From a virus: DNA of 64,000 nucleotides. The DNA is taken from positions 39,403 to 103,402 of IMG/VR virus record IMGVR_UViG_3300033489_000004; one strand, written 5' to 3'. The notes under the pieces were generated by a model. The model did no database searches. It had not been told where the DNA came from and saw only the letters and a list, made by a program, of their open reading frames with translations. This document shows positions 38,883-49,341 of this stretch, one piece after another. The position numbers and the translations under genes are program-made. Positions within the stretch are counted from its first letter, which is position 1; the number at the start of each line of letters is the position of its first letter.

Positions 38883-39778
38883 TTAATTCTCCCCATATAG
38901 TCTTTAAATTCACATACTTTATATAATCTTCTATTTACCCATCTAGCAAAATCTATTTCTTTTTTACTTTGAATTTTACTTGTTTTATTATAAGGCATAA
39001 TATAGGGATCAAAACCAAAATCTCTTACTAGTTTAAATCTTTCATAATCTTCTTCAAATATGGAATTAAATCCTATTAATATGTAAATCATTATTCTATA
39101 GGGCTTAATATGTTTTAATAAAAAAGTCATCTTTTTTATAAACAATCTCTTATATTTAATGTCATCAAAAGCAAAATGTATTTTATTGCTCTTAAACGTA
39201 TGGTTTCTAGTCATTGTATTGGCAAGCATTTCTGAATTTTCTTCTGCTAATAATCTAAAATCAAGTCCCTGACTTATGTTAACTTTTATTTTGTTATCTA
39301 TTATATACTGTAAGTTTTCTTTCCATTTAGGTGAAGCCAAAAAATTATTATCCAATAGTATCAATTTTTTATGCTTTTCATTCATAAATTCTACTATTGA
39401 TGCATGGTCTTGTATCTCTCCCTCTTTCTCCGGCACAACACAAAATTTACATCTATTAATGCATCCACGACTGGTAAAACCCATACTATAATCAATGCTG
39501 TATAAAGAATAATCTGGCATTATATACTCTACATTATCTGGAAGTTTTCTATTTAAGTCTATCCCACTTCCTCCCATAGCAATTTTCCAATTATACTCAT
39601 GTTTTAAATTTAAGCTTTTTTGTAAAGATCCTTTAAATATTGCAGAAGCATACACAAAATCAGGATTTTCACATTCGTTAAGAAATACCTTATTTCCTAT
39701 GCTTTTATGATAAGCAGATAATTTCATAAGAGCTAAATTTGGAATTTTTGAATCAATATCAATAAGTAATATCTTCAT
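38879..39778 (-). CDS. radical SAM protein (phage type)
   Basis: PNLALMKLS.YHK, SRGCINRCKFC.VP.KEG, LLDNN. Confidence 0.85.
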   Translation of the reverse strand: MKILLIDIDSKIPNLALMKLSAYHKSIGNKVFLNECENPDFVYASAIFKGSLQKSLNLKHEYNWKIAMGGSGIDLNRKLPDNVEYIMPDYSLYSIDYSMGFTSRGCINRCKFCVVPEKEGEIQDHASIVEFMNEKHKKLILLDNNFLASPKWKENLQYIIDNKIKVNISQGLDFRLLAEENSEMLANTMTRNHTFKSNKIHFAFDDIKYKRLFIKKMTFLLKHIKPYRIMIYILIGFNSIFEEDYERFKLVRDFGFDPYIMPYNKTSKIQSKKEIDFARWVNRRLYKVCEFKDYMGRIK

Positions 39779-40350
39779 TTCAAACTCCTATATAGTCTAT
39801 TTAACTTCTGAAAATCCTCATAAAGCAGGGGAAAATTATTGGGGTTGTATACTGCATATGCCGGATGGTAGGTTACAAACAGTAGTCTTTTCCCTTTATA
39901 TACTTTTCCATGTCTTTCTTTCATTGGCTTTTTAGTTTTTAAAAACCATTCCGCAGCTACTTTACCAAGAGCACAGACAATCTTTGGATTAACTATCTGT
40001 ATTTGTTTTGTTAGCCGTTCCCTACAAGCTTCTATATATACTTGATCAGGGTCTTTACCACCTAATGGCTTGCAAAGACAAATGTTAGTAATATATATTT
40101 CTTCTCTATCTATTTCTATGCCTTCAAATAACTCATTTAGTACTCTACCGGCATCCCCAATAAAAATTCGGGATAACTTGTCCTCCTCTGCGCTAGGACA
40201 TTCTCCAATAAACATCAGATTTGCGTCTAATTTTCCTTCTCCAAAAACTACGTTCGTTCGGGATTTGTGTAAATCACATAAAGTACAGTTATCATACTCT
40301 TTTTGAAATTGCAGCATCCTAGTAAACTTAGGAGGATTTATTAGAGTCAT
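39775..40350 (-). CDS. family-4 uracil-DNA glycosylase
   Basis: C..C.L..SRT.VVFGEG, FIGE.P..EED, YITN...C.P, TYHPA. Confidence 0.9.
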   Translation of the reverse strand: MTLINPPKFTRMLQFQKEYDNCTLCDLHKSRTNVVFGEGKLDANLMFIGECPSAEEDKLSRIFIGDAGRVLNELFEGIEIDREEIYITNICLCKPLGGKDPDQVYIEACRERLTKQIQIVNPKIVCALGKVAAEWFLKTKKPMKERHGKVYKGKRLLFVTYHPAYAVYNPNNFPLLYEDFQKLNRLYRSLK

Positions 40351-40762
40351 TCTTACCCCCGTTTCTAATCTTAGATATATCAATATTATAACCTTTAAAT
40401 ATATACTCAATACTGTCCGCTAGTACCTTTACATCTTCAAAATTTTCCATGTTTATGATTTGAAGATAGAGTAACCACATCAAAAATAAGTCATATTCAT
40501 CTATCTTAACAACTAGATCCTTTGTATTGTTTGTTTCTATTATACTAAATACTCTATCTACCCCTAGCTGAGAAACCACATATCTTCTAGCTTCATCGTC
40601 TGAGGATAATCTAACTAGATATTCTGTTTTCTCTAAGCGTTCAGCTAGTCTAATCTCTAACTCAACCTCTATATCCAACAAAGAGCAGGTATTATTAATC
40701 AGAGTTATGTCCTGTATCATCGGAATAAACTCATCAATAGTTATCTTTTTGGCCCACGGCAC
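40328..40762 (-). CDS. hypothetical protein
   Basis: ORF track; frame stays open upstream. Confidence 0.5.
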   Translation of the reverse strand: MPWAKKITIDEFIPMIQDITLINNTCSLLDIEVELEIRLAERLEKTEYLVRLSSDDEARRYVVSQLGVDRVFSIIETNNTKDLVVKIDEYDLFLMWLLYLQIINMENFEDVKVLADSIEYIFKGYNIDISKIRNGGKNDSNKSS

Positions 40763-40832
40763 AAAAGTTTCTAGTGTATTTTTTATTTCCTGGTATGTGT
40801 ACCTATTTTTTCCATCTGACAGATAACTAATT

Positions 40833-41558
40833 TTAATCCCTCTTCTCTTGGTATATTCTATTAGCTTCTATAAGATCGCTTTCTGTGTCCACCTCAATTA
40901 CTCCTGGAGTTGTTTTAGTGTGCATATTTTCACAATGCAACATCTTTGTCATCGCATCTTCGTAGTATTTATTTTTAGGCATCTTATGCATATTTTCTAG
41001 CAATAATTCAGTAAAACTACTTTCAATTCTATAAATTCCTATTGCTTCTGATCTGCCTCTTGTTTCTTTGCCTATTTTATCTATCCTATACCCTTTTCCA
41101 AAACTATTATAGTCACTAAAATCAACCACTACTTCTTCTCCTGAAAATTGGCAGTCTTTTTTCCTTACCCTATCTATTCCGACATAATTGCCTGCTTGCA
41201 TAAATTTCTCAATATGCTTAGTTTTAAAATAGACATCCCCATTTATTACTAGTGTTGTACTGGCATCTTTTTCTAAGGCTAGTTGAAGTGAGTATAGGGT
41301 ATTTGTGTCATAATAATTTGGGTTATTGATTAAGCGCACACTCATTGGATATTTAACAAACTCTTTAATTTTTTTTTCAAACATAAAAGCCAAATGACCA
41401 ACTACAATATCTATGTCATATACTCTGTTATCATATAGAGCCTTTAATTGGTGTTCAATAAGATTATATCCTCCAACAGTTAGAAAAGACTTTGGAAAAT
41501 AGTTTGTTATGGGCATCAATCTTATGCCTGCTCCTGCTGCCAAAATTATTGCTCGCAT
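40833..41558 (-). CDS. sugar/phosphocholine cytidylyltransferase-like NTP transferase
   Basis: AIILAAG.G.RL, PK, N..Y..TN..YSL, NGDV, YYED, EVDT..DL. Confidence 0.85.
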   Translation of the reverse strand: MRAIILAAGAGIRLMPITNYFPKSFLTVGGYNLIEHQLKALYDNRVYDIDIVVGHLAFMFEKKIKEFVKYPMSVRLINNPNYYDTNTLYSLQLALEKDASTTLVINGDVYFKTKHIEKFMQAGNYVGIDRVRKKDCQFSGEEVVVDFSDYNSFGKGYRIDKIGKETRGRSEAIGIYRIESSFTELLLENMHKMPKNKYYEDAMTKMLHCENMHTKTTPGVIEVDTESDLIEANRIYQEKRD

Positions 41559-42553
41559 AGCATCTCCTCTATTTCATGTTTTGCACGTAAACAGGATTTT
41601 CCATCTGTAGGACGATAAAAACTATACTCAAATAATTCCTTCCGCCGTTCAGAAAATCTTTCTGGTTTATTAAAGCTGTCTTCAATTAACCAATCTAAGT
41701 TATCAAAATCATTACATACATATCCACATTGCCAAGCATAGGTAGTTGAAGTAATGTCGTTAAAATTAGGAAATAGTGATTGGGCATTTGTAAAAATAAT
41801 TGGGATAGCAAACACCAAAGACTCATATGTTACAGAGGATACCCCTGTAACCAACAAGTCAGAAATTTCAAGATATTCTAGTATCCTATAATCTGTAACT
41901 AACTTAATATTGTCATGATTTGAAACTAGCCGGTTAAGTATAATCAAAGAGTCAATATTAGAAGACTGCTGTATTAATGTGAGCATCCCTGGATGGGGTT
42001 TTATTATCAAATTATGCCTCTTAGTAATAGCTATTTCAGATAATGTTTTAATTACCTGCAGCATTTCTCTAAAATTAGTATCCCATGTAGGGGCATATAC
42101 AATAGTTTTGTTTTGGTTATCAAAAACATTAAGCTTATTCCTAGTTGTATCCTTTAAACGATCAAATTTCATGTAGCCGGTTATTTTACAATTAGACCCT
42201 ATTTGATTTCTTTGCTTCAGTCTATCCCAATCCCTTTGACCAGCAAGTAAAACTAGGTCATACTCTTTTAAAGGAAGACCTAGTTGGTACTTTTTATCAC
42301 TAGTCCCGTGGTTTGAAAATATTGACTTACAATTTAGCCCTAACCGTACATCACCTGGGTACACCACGGCATCTAGAGTACCCCATAAGTCTTTCTGTAT
42401 AGTAGAAATATCTGAAGAAATATAGGCATCTTTATGGGCAGATAAAATATCAGAAGAATAAGAAATTATCCTGCCAGGGAGTACTGATATCAAATCTCTA
42501 CAATGATCATAGTAATGATTAGGAGCTTTCTCTACAAAAAACCCTATTTTCAT
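41546..42553 (-). CDS. CDP-glycerol glycerophosphotransferase (TagB/F) family
   Basis: HG.SDK, TGY.KFD, VYAPTW, IKPHP, SD.L.T..SS...E. Confidence 0.8.
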   Translation of the reverse strand: MKIGFFVEKAPNHYYDHCRDLISVLPGRIISYSSDILSAHKDAYISSDISTIQKDLWGTLDAVVYPGDVRLGLNCKSIFSNHGTSDKKYQLGLPLKEYDLVLLAGQRDWDRLKQRNQIGSNCKITGYMKFDRLKDTTRNKLNVFDNQNKTIVYAPTWDTNFREMLQVIKTLSEIAITKRHNLIIKPHPGMLTLIQQSSNIDSLIILNRLVSNHDNIKLVTDYRILEYLEISDLLVTGVSSVTYESLVFAIPIIFTNAQSLFPNFNDITSTTYAWQCGYVCNDFDNLDWLIEDSFNKPERFSERRKELFEYSFYRPTDGKSCLRAKHEIEEMLCEQ

Positions 42554-43125
42554 TATACTGGTCTCCTTCTTTGAAACAAAAAGAAATCCTCTAATCTCCA
42601 AACCTTATTCCCTGTCTCTTGTTTCCAATAATACCCATTTGTCATTCTTCTTAACTTAGTAAAGCCACATCTCTTAAATATCTCAAGCCAGGTATCTACA
42701 GGAAATACCGACCAATGAGTTATATGCTCCATTTGTACTTTGTCAATATATGAAGGTATTATAGCCAATATATATCCTCCTGGCCGCAATACTTTATATG
42801 CTTCTAGTAAAGCAAGTACTGGGGTAGGGCTATGCTCCAATGTATGACTGTAAAAAATCATATCGAAACTATCTTCAGCATAAGGTAAATCGTGCATATC
42901 TGCCTTAAAAACTTCGATAGATTGTGGATATATGTCGATAGATACTACTTCAATACCGGGTAGTAATGGTGCTAATTTACCATAACCAGATCCAATATCT
43001 AATAAAGTTTTTACATCTTCAGGAATCCAGGGAATAAGCTTCTTATAAGATTCTATGCGTCCTTCATGCGCAAATTGATAAGCCTCTTTCTGTATTTTAT
43101 TAAGAGATTCTATTCTTTTATCCAT
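42553..43125 (-). CDS. SAM-dependent methyltransferase
   Basis: LDIGSG.G, DMH.LP..D.SFD, H.LEH, LRPGG. Confidence 0.85.
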   Translation of the reverse strand: MDKRIESLNKIQKEAYQFAHEGRIESYKKLIPWIPEDVKTLLDIGSGYGKLAPLLPGIEVVSIDIYPQSIEVFKADMHDLPYAEDSFDMIFYSHTLEHSPTPVLALLEAYKVLRPGGYILAIIPSYIDKVQMEHITHWSVFPVDTWLEIFKRCGFTKLRRMTNGYYWKQETGNKVWRLEDFFLFQRRRPV

Positions 43126-43333
43126 TTTTCTCCTAAATATCTTGATTAAGATATCCTATAACATTATTCCAATCAAGACTATACTCTTCAATGAGAGCTA
43201 AAAAAGCCCCTTCTCCATAAGCTACTTGTTTTCCTTCGGCAATTCTGCATTGATTCTCTACAACCATAGCTGCACATCTTATTTGTGCTGCAGCAGCTTG
43301 AGAAATAACTAATGCTTCTGTTCTAGTAGACAT

Positions 43334-43948
43334 TTAAATAACCCCCTTTCTAGCTTCTCCCACTATCCAAATTGGATTTTTTTCAGGGGCAATTCTAATT
43401 GTAACATCGTGACTAGCAAATAATTTTAACACATCAGAAACTTTGTACTGGCGAATGTGTTCTCCCAAGGGGTCAGGAAAAATATCTTCTAAAGGGACTG
43501 AAAACAGCAATATCCCATCTTTCTTTAATGCTTTAAAAGCTATTTCAATAAGTCTTTTGTCATCTTTAACGTGCTCAAATATCTCATAACAAACCACAAT
43601 ATCAAAATATTCCGTCCATCTATTTAAGTTATCTTCTACAAAATCTTTTTGTAACGTAACTTTAGTTCCTATCTCGTCTTTTAAATAAATTTTAGCCTTA
43701 GTTAAATAACTCTCTGAAATATCACATGTAACAATATGTCTAGCATACTTAGCAATTATCTTTGTACATCCCCCAGTCTGCGACCCTGCTTCATAAACTA
43801 TAGCATCTTTATAATAAGGAATATGCGGTTTAATCCTTCCCCAATCTTCAGTAATATGTTGATTACTATATCCTTGCTTTCCTTGTTGCTCATAAAATTC
43901 TCTATATTTTTCTTTTGATTCTAGATGTTCATACATTATCCTATACAC
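43334..43948 (-). CDS. SAM-dependent methyltransferase
   Basis: EAGSQTG, DIS, FD.VVC.E.FEH, LK..G.L..SVP. Confidence 0.8.
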   Translation of the reverse strand: MYRIMYEHLESKEKYREFYEQQGKQGYSNQHITEDWGRIKPHIPYYKDAIVYEAGSQTGGCTKIIAKYARHIVTCDISESYLTKAKIYLKDEIGTKVTLQKDFVEDNLNRWTEYFDIVVCYEIFEHVKDDKRLIEIAFKALKKDGILLFSVPLEDIFPDPLGEHIRQYKVSDVLKLFASHDVTIRIAPEKNPIWIVGEARKGVI

Positions 43949-44757
43949 CTCTCACATAAGGGTATTTCACTTCGTTTTTTAGTTGTGTGCAATTCCCTAA
44001 ATTCCTGTGCTTTTTTTCCATTCCATACCTCTTCTATAGTTTGAATATTCAAATCCCCAAAGACAACCTCATTATTCACAGAATTGCAGCAACTTTGTAC
44101 TTTGCCATCCCACGCAACCGAAAGATAGTAGTCTAGCCGATTGCAATACTTAACTTTATCTATTGGTTGTTGTCTTCCACGAAGCCCTCTAACATCCCAG
44201 GGTATGTGCGTTTCTATCCTACCAGCATATGGAAATAATTTGTATAAATACTTCATACTTGCTTTATTATCTTCTACAACATTTGCTGTAATAAAAATAG
44301 GTATCTTTAATTCAACAGCATCAAAAAGATACATAGCATTATAAAAAGAGTTGTTATAGTCAATTCCCATAACTTTTTCATAACTATCTTTATTTCCCCC
44401 ATTGAAACTAATATAAATAGCTTTAATAGCTTTTGATTCGGCAATATCCTCAATAAGACTATTCCCTGTAACACAGCTTTTTCTGTGTAGTAGGCTACCA
44501 TTAGTATAAAACATTATTTGCTGTTTGTCAAATATTTTAAGAAACTGTTCAAAATTATTAGTGATTGTCGGCTCATTCCAGCTATTAAGGATAACAACTG
44601 TGTCTTTAGTTAGCTGATTAGCAATAATTTGTGCCAATTCTATAGACATAACGCCTTTTTTGCGAGTTATGTGCTTTCTAATACAAAAACTACAATGTCC
44701 GTTGCAAGATAAATTGTTTTCTATTGATACTACACTAGGAAAACTTAGAGTTCCCAT
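43936..44757 (-). CDS. radical SAM/SPASM protein
   Basis: CNGHCSFC, NEP, YTNGSL, DG.V..CC, G.L....I.EVWNG, C..C. Confidence 0.85.
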   Translation of the reverse strand: MGTLSFPSVVSIENNLSCNGHCSFCIRKHITRKKGVMSIELAQIIANQLTKDTVVILNSWNEPTITNNFEQFLKIFDKQQIMFYTNGSLLHRKSCVTGNSLIEDIAESKAIKAIYISFNGGNKDSYEKVMGIDYNNSFYNAMYLFDAVELKIPIFITANVVEDNKASMKYLYKLFPYAGRIETHIPWDVRGLRGRQQPIDKVKYCNRLDYYLSVAWDGKVQSCCNSVNNEVVFGDLNIQTIEEVWNGKKAQEFRELHTTKKRSEIPLCERCIG

Positions 44758-45006
44758 ATTAATCTCCTGAATTTATGTGTAATCTTCTAGCCATAATTTT
44801 TGTATACTCTTCATCTGTAATTAGTTTAAGCAGCTCTGAAACACAGCGTAGTTCTGGACATCCTGTTTGTTCACCGGATTCGTCATATCCATACTTACAA
44901 TCACAAAATTTTGGTGGCTCTGCTAACAACATCATGTCATATACACATCTTTGTCTTTGCATCCTAGTAATTACCTGTAGTAAATACTTCCTACCTCTTA
45001 TAAACA

Positions 45007-45750
45007 TTATTTATCTCCTTGGTTTTTAATTGCCCTTTCTAATGCTTTTGGATATTTTCCTTCATAGGGTTTTGTGACCAGCTTATACACATAATCCCCT
45101 TTATTTAAGAAATTCCAGTCAGGTTCCCCATCTATTAAATCTGTATGTCCATAACCAACATCCCCCCTACGGTTATCCCTATATTTCAAACCCACCGCAT
45201 AATGGATATGAAACAATGCCACGTCATCCACATAAGTGATTCTTCTATTGTCAAAATTTTCTAGTGTACAATGGTGCTTATCAACATATCTTAGGTTTGG
45301 GTTATTTTTCCACAAACAAAGATGATGGCCTTCCCAGCGAGGGTCCACCGGATGATTAAGGCGCACTGTTTTAAAATCCTTCCAAAAGCTTACAAAATTA
45401 AAAGCATATGCATACCTATAAAGACCCTCCTTAAACTCTTTAAACGAATCACTTATGACTTCATCAATATCTAATGATAAAACATAGTCCATTGTACAAT
45501 TATCTAAAAGAAGGTTTCTGCACTCATCTTCTTTCCAATCTGTGCTATAAGGGTTTCCTTGCTGTGGCTTTACAATTAGTTTTATATTTAAGTCTTTTTG
45601 TGCTTCTTTAATAATATCTATGCTATTATCTGTGGAATCCCCATCAACAACTATTATTTCATCTGCCCACGGTGCTACATTCTCTAGCCAAAAAGGCAGA
45701 AACTGAGCCTCATTAAGACAAGGGGATACAACACTAACTGTTTTTTTCAC
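45007..45750 (-). CDS. GT2 glycosyltransferase
   Basis: P.LNE, EIIVVDG.STD.S, RN, LSLDIDE; GTG start after GGAGG. Confidence 0.85.
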   Translation of the reverse strand: MKKTVSVVSPCLNEAQFLPFWLENVAPWADEIIVVDGDSTDNSIDIIKEAQKDLNIKLIVKPQQGNPYSTDWKEDECRNLLLDNCTMDYVLSLDIDEVISDSFKEFKEGLYRYAYAFNFVSFWKDFKTVRLNHPVDPRWEGHHLCLWKNNPNLRYVDKHHCTLENFDNRRITYVDDVALFHIHYAVGLKYRDNRRGDVGYGHTDLIDGEPDWNFLNKGDYVYKLVTKPYEGKYPKALERAIKNQGDK

Positions 45751-46556
45751 TTGATGCCTCCACAGCAGGTGCAAACTTTTCGTCTTTTAAATTCCGCGTT
45801 TTCTTTTAATAACTTTCTAATCTGCTCTTGTAAATCTTCATTTCTTTGTCCTGGAGGATGGTTTTTTCCTCTAATACATAGTTCTAAATTATCTGCTCGG
45901 TTATCCTCTCTAATTCCGTTAATGTGATGTACTTGATATCCTTTTCTAAGATACTTTTCTCCAGCAATTTCTATTAGAGCTGGATGATTCGGGTTTGTTT
46001 TTCTTAGACGGTTTTCCATTACTAAACGATGTTCTCTTACATATCCACGGATACTGGCAAAAGGATGTTCTGGATTATGCAATAGTATATAATCTAAGTT
46101 ATTAATCCTTCCGCCCTTCCAACCGCCTGCTTTTTCTTTAACTCGTAGCCCTTTGCTGGCTTCACTTAATGACCTAACTTTTATGTTAAACCTGAATAAC
46201 CTTTTCCTAATTGTTGCAGCAGAGCAATCGGCTATTTGAGCTACCTCCTTTGGGGATAATTTTTCACTTATATATTTTTGGTAAAGCCGTTCTTTATTAT
46301 TAAATAAACTGACTATTTCATAATAGTTATTATTAATCTCTTTTTTAGTTCTCCTTTTGATTTTAAACTTTTGCATCCAATAATATACTTGTTGATTATT
46401 GCAGTTAAGTTCTTTAGCTATTAGGTAAGCATTTTTAATTTTATACTGCTCTTTTAGCCATTCTTTATCCCCTAACATTTTTAATTTTGGATTTAATCCC
46501 TCTTTGTTTATAAGTCTTGCTTTATAGCAAGTTATTTTTTGTATATTAGTGGCCAT
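45747..46556 (-). CDS. HNH homing endonuclease
   Basis: WKGG, EHRLVME, HPALIEIAGEKYL, VHHINGIREDNR.DNLEL. Confidence 0.85.
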   Translation of the reverse strand: MATNIQKITCYKARLINKEGLNPKLKMLGDKEWLKEQYKIKNAYLIAKELNCNNQQVYYWMQKFKIKRRTKKEINNNYYEIVSLFNNKERLYQKYISEKLSPKEVAQIADCSAATIRKRLFRFNIKVRSLSEASKGLRVKEKAGGWKGGRINNLDYILLHNPEHPFASIRGYVREHRLVMENRLRKTNPNHPALIEIAGEKYLRKGYQVHHINGIREDNRADNLELCIRGKNHPPGQRNEDLQEQIRKLLKENAEFKRRKVCTCCGGIK

Positions 46557-46557
46557 C

Positions 46558-47205
46558 TTATTTCCTTTTACAGTAATACATTATTCGCCTAGTTAGTATT
46601 TCTTTTTTCTTCTCTATGGTAAACCCAGTATATTCTAACATTGATTCCATTGCCTTTTTAGAGGGCATAAACAATGCTGCTGGATAAGGTTTAAATATTA
46701 ACAATCTCTCATCCTCTAGCCCATCATGCTTTATATACTGAATTTCTAATACTAGTGTGCCGTCATTTTTAAGCCAGTCATAAATCTTTCTCAATACAAG
46801 TATCGGATTTTCAACGTGGTATATAAAAGCTAGACATAATATATAATCAAATTTTACACTTGGGTCTATATCTACTTTTTCTATATCCTTATGTAAAAAT
46901 TGTACTTTGCTATTTAATTTTTCTTTAGCCCACCAAGCTTGTTTTATATATAAATCTCCAAGCTCTACCCCAACTACAGTCTCAGCCCCTAGGCTCTCAC
47001 AATAGAAGCTTTCGGCTCCAGCATTTGATCCAATATCCAAAACATTCTTGCCCCTTAAATCCGTAGGAAGCCAGTCTTTCACTTCTTCCAATCTTCCAGA
47101 GGGATCATAATTAGAATCCCCCATAGTTTTTACCCCATTAATATCTATGTTATGATACCAAACTCCTTGAGCTTTAATTTCTCGTTCTAATTCATCTTTA
47201 TTCAT
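46558..47205 (-). CDS. CmoB-like SAM-dependent methyltransferase
   Basis: WYH.I, L.GK.VLDIG.N.G, FD..LCL..IYH..NP. Confidence 0.8.
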   Translation of the reverse strand: MNKDELEREIKAQGVWYHNIDINGVKTMGDSNYDPSGRLEEVKDWLPTDLRGKNVLDIGSNAGAESFYCESLGAETVVGVELGDLYIKQAWWAKEKLNSKVQFLHKDIEKVDIDPSVKFDYILCLAFIYHVENPILVLRKIYDWLKNDGTLVLEIQYIKHDGLEDERLLIFKPYPAALFMPSKKAMESMLEYTGFTIEKKKEILTRRIMYYCKRK

Positions 47206-47683
47206 TATCTCTCCTTAAAAAATCTTCTATTGATTTTGAATTACTAATCTCTATTAGTCTTTCATCTTTGGGAAATTTCTCCCAATTCTCATAAAATTTT
47301 CTATTTTTTCTCATAGGAAATTTTTCAGGTACTTGATTAATCCACTTATCATGATTAATTACTAGTCTAAAAATTTTGTAGTCTACGTTAAGATTATCTG
47401 CCTTATCTACAAAAATATCTAATACTTCTTTAGACATAAAGTCTACCCCCTCAACTACAATATCTAAAAAAGTATAGTATACTGATCCAAAAATTATCTG
47501 GCAAGCTCTATTAACTAAATCAATTCCTGCGGGGGCAAGTCTTGGAAATTTCTTATACATATTATCAATATTATGAAAATTATCAAACATAAAACCTGCT
47601 ACAGGAAGATTCCTTTGTAATTCTTTTAACAAAGTAGACTTGCCACTATGGGGCATCCCTGTAATAATAACAAGTTTGTTCAT
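47198..47683 (-). CDS. P-loop kinase
   Basis: ITGMPHSGKST. Confidence 0.7.
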   Translation of the reverse strand: MNKLVIITGMPHSGKSTLLKELQRNLPVAGFMFDNFHNIDNMYKKFPRLAPAGIDLVNRACQIIFGSVYYTFLDIVVEGVDFMSKEVLDIFVDKADNLNVDYKIFRLVINHDKWINQVPEKFPMRKNRKFYENWEKFPKDERLIEISNSKSIEDFLRRDNE

Positions 47684-47685
47684 CT

Positions 47686-48762
47686 TTATCCTAACTTCTT
47701 AATTTCTTTAACCAGATGATTAACCCGTTGGTCCCAAGTATCCTTCTTTACTTGATTACGCACTATTTCAGAAAAACCTTCCACTAAAGAATCCTTATAA
47801 GCTTCTTGTACCCTATTAGGCCAATTTTCAAGACTTTCTGAAATATAAATAACTTTTCCTTGTCTTTTTAATTCTATTATTTCATTCAAAGGAGAAGAAA
47901 CTATGGGTTTACCTGCTGCGCAATATTCGTAATACTTAACGGCATTACAAGCTTTCATAATTGGCAGATTTTCATTAAAAGGAATAATTCCCACATCAAA
48001 ATGTCGCATATACTGCATTGCTTTTTCATGCTTTTGTTCCCCATATAAAAATATGTTTTCTCTTTTTCTAAGGGCTTCGATATTAACACTAGAGTTACCA
48101 ATTAGTACAAAATTCCAGTGAGGAAGCTTGGCTGAAAGGTTAGCAACTATCTCTTGATTAAACCATTCAGCAATAGCTCCAACATAACCAACTATTTTTC
48201 CATATGGTAAATCTTTTGGTTTACTACTTGTTATACCAAGATTTTCCCAGTTACATCCATTACGAATAATAACTACGTTATCAGAGTACTTTTTTGCCTT
48301 TTCATACAGTCCTATAGAAGTACAGTATACTAAATCAGAGGACTTAAATAGTTCAACTTCTTGTGCATCTATTATATCTTTAACTACATTCAAATCACTA
48401 AACTCTGTATAGTCGTCCATACAGTTATACAATATCTTGTACGGTTTAGTATATTTTAATATTGGCTGCCAGTAGGGATAATCGAATAAAAATATGGGTT
48501 TATCTATATTTAACATCTTCATTACAGCATTTAAAGAATCAGCTACTTCCTTTGGGTCTATTCTTAGGGCATGTCTTACTAGACCACTTCCTCTAAGACT
48601 ACCTAGATATAGCTGATTTCCAACTCTAGTTACTCCCTCATTAGAAAGGTTGGCGTCAACATATACTAAAGGATAGTGTTTCGCCAATAGTTTGGCCATC
48701 ATTTGCGGTCTCTGCTGCCTAAAAGTCCAGGGTATGCCCCCAAACTGCACTATAGATTTCAT
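47686..48762 (-). CDS. GT4 (GT-B) glycosyltransferase
   Basis: QRPQ, YNCMDD, RNG, GYVGAI..W, DVGIIPF, KYYEYCAAGKPIV. Confidence 0.85.
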   Translation of the reverse strand: MKSIVQFGGIPWTFRQQRPQMMAKLLAKHYPLVYVDANLSNEGVTRVGNQLYLGSLRGSGLVRHALRIDPKEVADSLNAVMKMLNIDKPIFLFDYPYWQPILKYTKPYKILYNCMDDYTEFSDLNVVKDIIDAQEVELFKSSDLVYCTSIGLYEKAKKYSDNVVIIRNGCNWENLGITSSKPKDLPYGKIVGYVGAIAEWFNQEIVANLSAKLPHWNFVLIGNSSVNIEALRKRENIFLYGEQKHEKAMQYMRHFDVGIIPFNENLPIMKACNAVKYYEYCAAGKPIVSSPLNEIIELKRQGKVIYISESLENWPNRVQEAYKDSLVEGFSEIVRNQVKKDTWDQRVNHLVKEIKKLG

Positions 48763-48929
48763 TATACCCCTTTTCTGCGCCATGATTTGAATACTTTATA
48801 ATTAAATATAGAAAAAAACCCCATTTTCTTATCAACTATAAGACAAATAACTATATAGCTTTTTAATTTAAAGAATAAAAATATTTTATAACTTGTAAAT
48901 AACTCAAATAAAAACTCCATATCTACTCC

Positions 48930-49025
48930 TTAAATAGTAACTTCTATTATCGGCACTAGTTGTTTTCTTGCATACTTTATACAATTATATGTTCCGCCCT
49001 TACTTATTCCATCATAAAAGGCTAT
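48930..49025 (-). pseudogene. C-terminal remnant of a SLOG (YspA/DUF1273-like) protein
   Basis: IAFYDGISKGGTYNCIKYARKQLVPII with no start or N-terminus. Confidence 0.5.
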
Positions 49026-49310
49026 TTCTATTTAAAACCCCCACAGCATATATCTACTATTTTAAATCAGGGATATTCTATTTAACTCCAACTAAACATA
49101 TCAAAAAGCAGGCATTTTTTACATAGAATTGGTGTAATATAAGCAGTTACCTGTCTTTTGTCCCCAATAAAAAGAATATCCTCTTGCTCTTCTCCAATTT
49201 GTTCAAAATCATGGTTACAGTTACTCTGTTGTTTTAATATAGAACTAACAATTTCAGTAAATTTTCTATTCGTGTTATTCATAAATAAGCTCCTGTAACT
49301 TTCTTCTATA

Positions 49311-49339
49311 ATTATATCAAATAACATAACTATAGTCAA
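49311..49339 (-). promoter_or_regulatory. sigma70-type promoter
   Basis: minus strand TTGACT-N17-TATAAT with TG; precedes the gene starting at ATG 49282. Confidence 0.65.
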
Positions 49340-49341
49340 CT

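Noticed and set aside
48947-48954. GCCGATAA on the minus strand as another sigma28 promoter
   Set aside because: No TAAA at 15-16 nt spacing, and it falls within the VPII codons of the SLOG remnant.
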